Below are positions 12,664-22,785 of a stretch of DNA of 64,000 bases, piece by piece. Numbering within the stretch: position 1 is the first letter of the stretch; every line of letters begins with the position of its first letter. This DNA comes from Moniliella sp. 'wahieum' (lineage: Eukaryota): positions 1 to 64,000 of the forward strand of contig RSEE01000130.1 in NCBI GenBank assembly GCA_003971905.1, in the 5' to 3' direction. The notes below the pieces were generated by a model that saw only the letters and a list, made by a program, of their open reading frames with translations, searched no databases and was not told the origin of the DNA. Made by a program: the position numbers and the translations under genes.

Positions 12664-13572
12664 TGCATCCTTGTACCTCGCAGAGCGGGTCCTGGTCTTC
12701 GTCCTTTTGAGGGCACCGTCTTGGCTTTTCCCGCTCCCAAAGCAGAAAGAAAAGAAAACAAAAGGGGCTCCGTGGGTTTCTTTCCTTGGCGCGAGCCGAG
12801 TCGGGTCGAACGGCCTGGGAATGGTTCCTCGTAACGCGTACTCTCCCAAGTGGAATCCTGAACCCTGGGGGCGGCGATGGGCAAGGCGACAGCAAGGCGA
12901 GGTGAGGCCAGAAGCCAGAACGTCACAACGTCACACGCGAAAGCGAGAGAACGTTAAAACCCAGCAACAGGCCAAGAGCAAGTCCAAGTGCACTGCCTAT
13001 GGGCACAAAACAGAGGGCCAAAGGTAAGGTAAGGTACGTAGTAGCGTCCTAGGGCAGCTGCCCCCCCTTTGAATGTTAAACGGCGTCCAAGCGGTCTGTG
13101 CCCAAGAGAGAGAGCTTTCTGGGCAAGATGTTCGGGAAGGGGTAGGCCGAGACAATGCGAGGATAAGATCGTACAGAGTGCCGCTGTGGAAGAAGGCTTG
13201 CGTGCGGGACAAAGAAACAAACGACTCGAAGCGAAAAAAAAAACAGCCGCGCTGGCCTCTCCCGCGCTTCCTTTTCAAAAGGATGGCGGGGGTGGAATGC
13301 TAAATGCTGCCCCCCTGAGAAAGGAGAGGGACGGATGCGGCCAGAGAGACGGGCGATGAGGACAGGAACGGACGGTAAGGGCAGGGTTGCAGTTACGGTC
13401 GCGGAAGAGATCCCGGTACTGCATACAGTGAAGAGAGGACAAATGGGCAAGTGGCAGCAGGGACGGCCGGGCCAGGACGGAGGAGGAGGTGCGGTATATG
13501 CGAAGCGAGGAAGACACAACAATGCGAGAGGCGAGCGAAGAGCGAAGAGAAGACGAGAGGGGAGCGCCGCAG

Positions 13573-13835
13573 CTAGGCGCGGCGGGATGGGCAGGACGGG
13601 CTGAGGATATGGGGACACGGGCCGAGGGCGGAGCGATGGGGCGGCAGAGGGAGGCGGCGGGGTGGGAGTGGGAGTGGGAATGGAGGTTGTGGAGGGCGGT
13701 GGAGGCGGGAGCAACGGACAGGCGGGTGACCGGCGTGGCGTTGGTCAGGTCGGCGTCGCAAAAGACGCAGATGCCCGTCTCGATGCGCGTCACGTGGCCG
13801 CACTGGGGGCAGATGGCGTACTCGTACTTGGTCAT
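13573..13835 (-). CDS. Small protein with N-terminal zinc ribbon (CxxC-x10-CxxC) and His/Ser/Pro-rich tail; 3' end uncertain (ORF continues to 13275)
   Basis: MTKYEYAICPQCGHVTRIETGICVFCDADLTNATPV..., strong GC3 codon bias, ACC-rich leader. Confidence 0.55.
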
Positions 13836-15708
13836 GGCGAGGTGCGTGGTGGTGGTGGTGGTGGTGGTGGAGATGGTGAAGATGGTGAGGGGCTGGTGCG
13901 CATAGCAAAGAAGGATGGCGGCGAGTCTCGTGTACAATTATCGATTACCCCGCACACGGGCTGTGCAGGGTACAGTAGGTTGTCTGCGGTGTACCGCGTC
14001 AGACGCCCGGCCCTGCCAGCCTGAGCGCGCACCAGGCCACTGTGCCCGCGGCAGCCAACCCTAGGCAGCGCGGGGTGCTGCCCCCGTGCGGCAAGGGGCG
14101 TGACTCGCTCCCGCACGGCACCGAGGCGGGGGCAGGCACCAGCCCAGTGCGCGTCGCGGTGCCTCGGGCGGGGCACATGGTCACATGGTCGCCTCGCGCA
14201 GCCGCACGCTCTGAGGCCACGCCCCCCCGCGTGACGTCACCAGCGCACAAACACTGGCGCCACACGTCCGCTGTTGGCACGCCCAGTGGCTAGGTACGCG
14301 CCGTCGCGTACGAATGGACCGAGCATAGCAGCCATTCCTTTTCCCACAGGCTTACTTTTTGCCAAGCACTCGGTTTTGCCAAGCCAGGTTGTGAACACCC
14401 CCATCTACATACCTCCTGCCATGCCCCGCAGAACGAGCAACTGCAACCCGATACGTACGGCCCTTTCATCTCAGATCTCAATTCTCAATTCTCAAGTCTC
14501 AATTCTCAATCTTGATAGCGTGGGACGTATCCCCTGTGCGATTTTACAGGGCAAGGTCCACCTTTGGCACGCACGCTCTGAATCCGCTTGTTGCACAACA
14601 GGCACCAAGCATCCTTCACCCCACCCGTTTCCTACTTGCGGTGGCGCCAGCACGCAGCCCATGCCGGATGAGCCAGTCGGTTAGTCCGTAGGCGTACTGT
14701 TTTGGAAGAGAAAGATACGGCTCGGTTCGATTCAACTTGGGAGTGGAGCAAAAGAGCATATGTGCCAGTAGACCTCAATCGCTATTCCGAGGCTGAATCC
14801 ATAGTACTATTTGCAAATGAATATCTCTTCGTTCTGTGGAAGACCCGATAAGTGACGCCATCCTTGAGCTACTGGCGTCGCGCTCTCGCGGGCCGGTGGT
14901 GGAAACGCCCATCAGCCGACCAAGAGACCACCTAGCAGCCCGTGGTTGACTCGAATATATTAGTGTGTCCCCGCGATCCCCGCTGAAATAAACCAGCGCG
15001 CTTGACCATCAGTTGCACCCTCCGACTCACTCATCTGTGGCATTTGCTCAGCGCCAGCTTATCCTGTTCAATACCGCAGTAACAAAAGGAGATGGAAATG
15101 GGGCAAAAGATGAGAGGATCATATTCGTCGAGTGGAAAGAGGGCGAGGTATATATTATGCTTGGGAGAAAGAGAACATGCGAAGCTGAATCACACGGGGG
15201 GAGCATAGTCAAAGGGGGAAAACAGGGCCTAGAACAAATCAGGGACCAGTCAATTGGGTGATCAAACGTGATCAAGTGGGTCTGATTCCGACACGCAGTA
15301 GACTACAAACGGGTGTTATATGTAGCCAGCAGGTGCGAAGCATTGGGCTCATCCCACTGTGTCACATCCTTTATCCTTTCTTTCACCCCCCCTAAATGGC
15401 GCGAGAGCACGTTAAAGCAGAGAAGTATCGCATGGGGGGTGGACGGAAGGCAGGAGCGGATGGGTTGACGGTTGAACCCAGACGGAGAAGGAAGAGAAGA
15501 AGAAGAAGGAGGGGTGGCAGTGCCTACCAGCAGCGCTTGAGTCCTGCCTGCTTCCCTGGGGCATGCGGGTAGGGTTGGGGGCGGAAACAGGGCGGAAGAA
15601 ATACGAAGCGGGGTGGGTTGCACCGATGCGGGCATATTTGTGGTGGATGGCCAGAAGAAGTGCCGCCACTGGGCTGGCCAGCCTTCCGGCCACCAGCGTG
15701 TTGTGTCC

Positions 15709-18688
15709 ATGCTGCCCCTCGCCCGCAGGCCATGCGCATCCACGCGCACACGCGCTACGCTGGCCTCCCGCTGGCCATCGCGCAGCCGTGCTTCCCATCC
15801 CCACCGCGCGTTCTCCACGTCGGCCGCCGCGCGCCACCGCGCGCCGCGCCCGCCGCACCCGCCTCCGCCCCCGTCCAAAAAGCCCACCGTCTGCTCAGTC
15901 CCGCCACCGGCCGCCCCCGAGTACCGCCGCGTGCCCGGCATTGGCGCGACAACGCACGAGCCGGGCGCGCCGGATCAACGACATGGTCGAGTGGTCCAAG
16001 TCGCCCCTCGTCGCGCTCAACGTGAAGAACGACCCGCGGGAGCTCGCCCGTTCCGCCACCATCTTCCGCCGCCTACCGGTCCGACCGGGCTTTCGCAAGT
16101 TGTTGGCCCAGGTGCTGAGTGCGCGCAACGCGCTCCGTCTCGATATCCTCCGGAGCAGAGGCCGCCCCTGGCGCCCACCTCGATCCAGCGCTCGCCTTCC
16201 AACACTTTCTCATCAACCGAAACGAACACACCTGACTGCCCGCAGCACCCGTGCTCGTCTGTTTCAGGGTGCGCAGGGCTTCCTGTTCCCCAAGGCTCCC
16301 GGCAGCTCGACGCTGCTTGCTGGCGAGACGGGCGGAGGCAAGACGTTTGCGTACCTGGTGCCCTTGCTCGAACGCCTGGTTGCTACGAAGAGGAAGACCT
16401 CCAACGGGAATATGGTGAGCGGGATGCGGAAGCGCGTGCGAATGCTCGTGCTGCTCACTTTGCCTCGGAGGCGACCAAGGAGCTGGACGAATATGACGAT
16501 CCGGAGGAGGAGGACGAGGAAGCGTGGTACGAAGACAAGGAGGCGAACGAGGCCATGTTGATGCGCGATCGACAGCCGATTGCCAATCCTCGCCACTGGC
16601 TCTCGGGGGAGGAGTTGGAAGAGTTTGAGAAATTTCTCCGCACCTCAGAGCGCACCCAGGGGAGCGCAAGCGCGCCGCAGCGTACAGACGCTATCGACGC
16701 TTGCACGTGCGCAAGGAAGAAGTCAAGGCCTGGACCCGCCTTCCAAGCCGGAATTCCCCTACCTATCCGGCCACGGAGCATCATCCTTGCTCCGACGCAT
16801 GAACTCGCTCGTCAGATCGAGACATCGGTCAAGGCCTTGACGCACATTGAAAGGTTGCGTACCGTGTGCACCAGCCGGAACAGTTGGCGCAAGGTCCTGC
16901 GGCACGACATTGGACTCATGTCGCGCGGCAAGTGGGATGAGGTGCGGAAGATCGATGTGCTGGTCACGACGCCCGAGCGGTTGTTGGACCTGACGACGCC
17001 GTTGTCGGTGCGCAATGCGGTACCTTGCCCTTCACAACCAGTACATGCTCGGCGAAGACTTTTTGGCAGCACGCATGTTGGAAAGGCACGTGGAGCGCGA
17101 CATTCGGCACAGTACATTTCGCTCGATGCCGTACGGGCCGTGGTGTGTGACGAGGCAGATGTGTTGTGGGACCACGATCACTACATTCCCACCAAGGTGA
17201 TCCTACGAACCGTGTACGACGACCGGCTCAAGGCATGGAAGGACAAGGCCGAGCCGAAGCCGCTTGTTCCTGCCGACCTGATCCATGTCACCGCGTCGGT
17301 CGGAGCGGGGCTGAAGAAGGAATTGACCAACCGGTTCCCGGACACGACTTTCCTCTTTCCAAGCATCTGCACCAGCTGCCCACTTCGTTGCGGGTCAAGT
17401 ATGCCAATGTTGGGCCGACGCGGCAGTTGCATTTGCGCGAGGTGCGCGAGGCGTTGCTTGCGACCCTACCGATCGATCGCGGGTGGTGGTGTTTTGCGAC
17501 CGTCGAATCGCCGTGCGCAACTATAGCAAACTGTTGGACCGTGTTGGAATTCTGTACGTCTCTTGTCTTGGTTTCCCTGGCTTGTCTACCCGGTTTCGCT
17601 GTTGCCTTGGCTCGCGGTTCTGGCCACCCTACTAACTTGGCTCCTCTTTCAGTAACACCACTTTGACCAGCACGTCCAAAAACCGTAGCCTAACGAGCAA
17701 CAACCATCTTAATGGGTTTGTGCTGGATCCTCGTAAGCTCACCTCCTCCCCGCCGGTCCCTGCGTCCGATGAGGAGTCGCTTTCGGCCGAAGACGGCACG
17801 GTGGCTGGAGAAGGGCACGAAGAACAAGCTGCCACCGAGGGGCTGGAGGAAGACCAAGTGGAGAGTTGGAGCAGGAGGAAGACGACGAAGAGTTTTCGTA
17901 CAAAGACTACGACCTGGACGAGATCTCCAAGAACCTGGAGCTGGAGGCGCTGCCCGGGGTGGCGTCTCGACCGACAAGATTCTCCGCGCCTACAAGCGGC
18001 ACGACGATAAGCTTGCCGCCCAGCCGGCCAAGGAGGCCGCCCGTCGTAAACGCAGGGAACAACGCGGCTTCTTGGCTCGGGCTTGCCTCAGCCCGTGGAG
18101 ATCGTGCCAGAGAAGAGGAGCAAGACGGTCGTCGCGGCCCGCGCCATGGCCAAGCGCTTGGAACAACGTTCGCTCCGGTTCCCTGTACCGGTACAACTCA
18201 AACCAGGGTGTGACCGATCCTGCCGCCGACGCTTCAGATGCTGACGCTGCCACGCCCGCGCCCAACTACCCACGTGTGCTCATCACCACTTCGATGTTGG
18301 CGCGTGGGATTGACTTTTCGCCGTTGGTCACGCACCTCGTTATTCCCGACTCGAATGCGGCGACGCGGGCGGAGCTGGACACGCCGGCGCGCCATTCGAT
18401 GAGCACGATGGATCTGCTGCACCGTGCGGGGCGGGTCGCGCGCGGTGGCGCGCCCGCAACGCTGGTCTTGTTTGACAAGACGGCGGCGTTGCCCAAGCGC
18501 AAAACGATGCATCGAACGGTCGGTTCCGTGGGTACAAGTTGGGTCGGATCGAGTGTGCCGTTCGGTCCCTCCGACCGCTCACGCCCGGTCGCGATGGCCC
18601 CCACACAAAACGCTCCTTGCGCAACGATAAGTATGCCCGCGGCGCCGCACGCAAACAAGCCAAGGATAAGCAGGAGATTGGGTTCTAG
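15709..18688 (+). CDS. MRH4: DEAD-box RNA helicase, mitochondrial MRH4-like
   Basis: Arg/Ser-rich presequence-like N-terminus; motif I AGETGGGKT, Ia ILAPTHELARQI, Ib VTTPERL, II DEAD, V TTSMLARGIDF, VI HRAGRVAR. Intron ~17554-17652. Frameshifts make the 3' end approximate. Confidence 0.8.
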
Positions 18689-18897
18689 GTCGTCTGTACT
18701 ATGGGCCGCTGCCGTCCCAGGTACCTAGACGCACTAATCGGGACTCCACCCTAGTCACTGTACTATGCATTCACCTCTCTCTGCCACTCTCTCGTATAGG
18801 TGCAATATCTTGCTGGTAGGGAAGCGTAGGAAAGGAAAAGCGGGGAGGGGGGGGAGGATGACAGATACTAGGCACGCTGTTGTTGGTCGTAGGAGCC

Positions 18898-20227
18898 CTA
18901 TTCGCCCTGCCTAGCCGACTCGCGCGGAACAGGAGAGCGTGGGTAGGCGGATGAATTAACCGCAGTGGATGTGGACCGCTGCTGCCGGACCAGGGCAGAG
19001 GCGCGGGTCAAACCAATCGGCCTACCCGCGTTCGTCTGGGCAAGACGGGCGGGATGCGGGACTGGGAGGAAGGCGGTGGGGCGGCCGAGTCGCGCCAGCC
19101 GGCTGAACTGGTGGAGAGGGGTGGAAACAGTCGAAATGGGGACGTAGGGATGACGATGAGAAACAAGCGAATGCAGATAGGAACTAGCACTTGTCGCAGT
19201 GGGCTTGCCATAGCCACGGCCGCCCTGCCCTTGACCCAACGAGGGTCCGGTCCCACGGTCGGCTTGGGGTCTTGGTGGGGGCCAGGCCCAGCCATCAGGG
19301 GTGCAGTGGGCGCCTGGTGGTGGGCAGCAGGGAGATCGGGGCAGAGGGTGGGAGTAGGGTTGAAAACCCAGGGAAGAGGAAGGGGGTCGGGAAGCACCAT
19401 GGTTGAGGACGCTCTGGCGGGTTGGGATATTGCGCCAGTAAAGGAATCAAGATCACGGTCCAAAGCCCACGAGACGGATGAAGATGCAGGCGACGCCGAG
19501 GAGGAGGAGGATGGCTCTGCGAAGAGCGAAGGTCGTGCGCCGATGGGCAAGGCAGGCGTCGCGAGAGGGTGGGGGAAAATGGTGGACGTAGTTGCCTCGC
19601 TATTACTGCCGCGGAATGTGGATTCGCCATCAGTGGCCACTATTACGCCGCTGCCGAGGCCCGAAGGGAGAGTGCCCGTCGGACGACGCTGCCCGCTGCC
19701 TTCTCCCCGCACTTGTTCCCACCCCGGAGATCCTTCGACGTCTTCAGACTGTGCCCGTGGTTGGCTGGCCTGAGAGGGGGCATGGGCAAGGGGCGCAACG
19801 ACGGCCAGCGCGCATCGACGATGACCCTCCACCGCCTGCGACGGGTGGCGGGGCCTTTTTGAGAAGAGCGGCGTCGCACCAGGTCTCTTTCTTGCTACTA
19901 CTAACGAGTGCACAATTAACGCGGGTGGTGACGCGGCCTGGAGGGGTTGCTGCGCAGCCTATCCGGTCCTGTGCAACCGCGACGGACAGCTGGGAATGCC
20001 GCGTATTATGCGACAAGGAGTACTACTAGTAATAGTACCGAGTAAGTACTTACTGTGCGCCGCCCCGACTGTCCTCTTCCGATGACCGCCTTGCCTCGCA
20101 TCTCCGAAAGAGCCGCCCCGACCCCCTGAGACCCGCCTGTGTGCTGCCATAAATCGCACCCACGTAGTACTGCTGTGTCTGTCCGACGGCTTCAATGGGC
20201 CGAATTTTCCTGATGATCGATGATGCA
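18898..20227 (-). CDS. Hypothetical low-complexity protein (boundaries uncertain)
   Basis: A 301-aa minus ORF (19008-19913) with a basic NLS-like RKRP/KRPR segment, and a possible upstream exon ending at a GTAAGT donor near 20053. No recognisable domain. Confidence 0.3.
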
Positions 20228-21342
20228 TGATGCTAGGGATGGGGCATGGCCGCGCCAAGTGAGAGGGGGAGGATGAGCAGGCCGATGCTGATCGACACCC
20301 CCGCCGAGATTCATGTTTCGGTCGCACAGCACCACATCCCACATGCGTGTGCGGACGACGACCGTAAAGGGAAACGCCGAATACTCGAGTATAATGGTGT
20401 GTGGGTTAGACACGTCACGCGTCAATAAACGTGAATTTAACATGCTGGGCACAAGGTCGACGGTGATCGAGTGATCGATGGTTCGGATCAGCGGTGGCAT
20501 CCCCACGCTGGCTCGCGCGCGCTTACGCTTCCACACGAGTCTTGGACGAGACGGAGTACTATACTGTTGGCTGGAGGAGGCGTTCAACGGCTCGACGGAG
20601 TGCTGCAGCATGTAACCGACGGAGCAAAGAAAAGCGCGGCCATTTTACCGCCGCGGGGTTTAGCGATCGCCCTATCCACTCGTTGCCCCCAGCACCACTG
20701 ACATTATTATAGGCGGGTCAGCTCTGTCCTCGGTCGATCGGGCTAAAGGTTGAGGCAAAGCTAGATACTAGTATGGAACAGCGTGTGAAACTACCGGTCT
20801 CTCCGCTGTGGGTCCAACAGCTCACTCTCGGACGGAGAGCTTACTAGTAATGGTAGGTGCGACCTGGAATCGAGTTCTGACGGCCGGGTGCAGAGCGATT
20901 AAAGTGCCAGGGAGAGTGTCCTGCCACCCAAGTCGTACCTGGTGTGGTGTCCAGGGGACGTACGTGGATGGCGGGTGTGCCAGTACCGCTAAAACAGAGA
21001 TCGGAACCAGCAAAAAGCGAAGGAATTAGTAGTAAGAACCTGTGATGCAGCCGAAGAGCTTAGTTGAGTTGATTGTCTTCCGGTGTGGAAAACCAGAGAC
21101 TAGCCAACCCCTTTCGAGCTTCCCTGAGAGGGCCGTGCACATGGCCGACAGCACGGAACCGACAGGTCACTAATGGCTATTGAATACGGCGCCCCCACAA
21201 CGGGCAAAGGGGAAGGTGCAGGTTCACGGGCGGTTATCGTCCCCAACTGGTCGGCCGCATACTAGCCAGCTGCAACAAAAAAACAACCCATCATCCAGAT
21301 TCGTCAACCACCCCCATCAACAGTGCGCCCCCTAACACTACG

Positions 21343-22484
21343 TCAGAGGTCCTGAAGGACGGAGCGCGTAAGTTGGATCAGAGCTTCGATCGTAGGGCGT
21401 CCAGCTGGGTCGAGAGTGAGGCAGCGTTGAATGATGGTACGGGTGGCAGGCGAGTACAGGTCCTCTGATTCGCTCGGCAACTTGTAGTCCCCATTGAGCG
21501 CGGCCAGTGCTAGCGACCCACCCTGTCCCACCGTCTGATCCGTTTCGAACGGCGAGTGGAGGTAGGCCATGGCGTACAGGACACACCCCATCGACCAGAC
21601 ATCCACCGCCTCGGTGATGGTCGTGTTGGTCTTGACGTCAAACAGTTCCGGCGCACGGTAGGGCATGGAAGAATGCTCGGCTGCCAGATCTTGCTCCGCC
21701 ACAGTGAGGCGACGGGGAAGAAATGGTCCGGCGCGCCTGAGCGTGCTTCCAAAGTCGTACACTAAGGGAGTTCCATCGTCAGCCATCATAATGTTCCCTG
21801 GCTTCAGGTCCCGATGCGCATACGGCACCATTTCACCGCCCTGGGTCTCGCCCCCCCTGCTCTCGGGTTGCACCGCCTCGCCCGAATCTGCGCCCTCACG
21901 AGGAGGCGGATAGGTAGTTGGTTCTTCCTGTGCAGAGATGAGCGGGGCAGCTGCCTCCCCATCCATCTCGCTCGTATCGGGCCGAAGGACCATTGGAGCC
22001 GTCGGCTTGGGACCCACAAGATCTTCCCCCTCATCGGCGTGGAAAGGCGACCCAATGGCTGGGTTATGGGAACGGGAAGCGAGGAGGGCAGCATCAGAAG
22101 CCCTGACGGCACAGACGTGTGTCCTCGTTGCGCGTGCACATTGAGGAGGCGATAGCGGTGTAAGGTCTGGACGGCCTGGCAGGCCACCGAGGAAGATGGT
22201 GAGCATCTCCTTTTCGCCGAAGCGCGATCCGCGGACAGTGTGGGCATTGATGGCGTCCTGCACGTTGCCGCGAGGGTAAAGGGAGGAAGAGGTATAGATG
22301 AGCTTGGCCATCGTCCAGGCCCTCGCCGTGCTGGACGATGGCCGAGTCGTAGAGGCGGATGATGTGCGGGGAGCGGTTACAGACACGCGCCGAGAGCAAG
22401 CGCCGCGTCCTGCAGCTGCTCCAGCACGCCGCCCAGCACGCCCGACCCGTGCCCGGACAGCGGTCCGTACGCGCCGCCCGACAT
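21343..22484 (-). CDS. ENV7: NAK-family Ser/Thr kinase ENV7/STK16; N-lobe subdomains I-III absent in this sequence
   Basis: HRDLKPGN, DFGS, QDLAAEHSSMPYRAPELFDVKT, DVWSMGCVLYAMAYLHSPFE. The N-terminal ...LQDAALALGACL abuts RSPHIIRLYDS directly. Confidence 0.85.
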
Positions 22485-22565
22485 GCGCCGGCGTTCTGCC
22501 CGCGGGGGGGAGCGCGCGCGATGGAGACGCCTCGGGGGGCCGATGGGGTTGCTCCACACGCACGA

Positions 22566-22616
22566 GCAACCCTAGCGAGCGTTGTGGGAAAAGCACATCA
22601 CCCGTGCTAGGGTTGC
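22566..22616. promoter_or_regulatory. Inverted pair of GCAACCCTAGC motifs in the ENV7/RDH54 bidirectional promoter, followed by an MCB-like ACGCGT site (~22636)
   Basis: gcaaccctagc (22566-22576) ...29 bp... gctagggttgc (22606-22616). Confidence 0.55.
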
Positions 22617-22785
22617 GCCTTGCCTTGGCCACGCGACGCGTCAAATGGGCGCCGCTTTGACATGAATTGGGACGCATTCACACTCGCCCATTTCTGTCTC
22701 CATCTCCATCCTCACCACCACCCACCACCACCACCACCATTCCCGCCATCACCATTCCCACCAGTCCTGTTCAGGCCTGCCCGGC

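Larger units (their letters stand above)
11140..13100 (-). mobile_element. Degenerate mobile element, possibly a DIRS/Ngaro-type tyrosine-recombinase retroelement relic
   Basis: Stop-riddled region with internal direct repeats. Minus-strand fragments GFHLGEY...FDPTRL, LKRTKT...ACP and QIIGRW occur in the order expected for fungal DIRS/Ngaro recombinases. Confidence 0.35.

Noticed and set aside
14700..15300. Possible retroelement or gene relics here, at 39300-40600 and at 53640-54350
   Set aside because: Composition differs from genes, but I could not identify convincing motifs in any frame.
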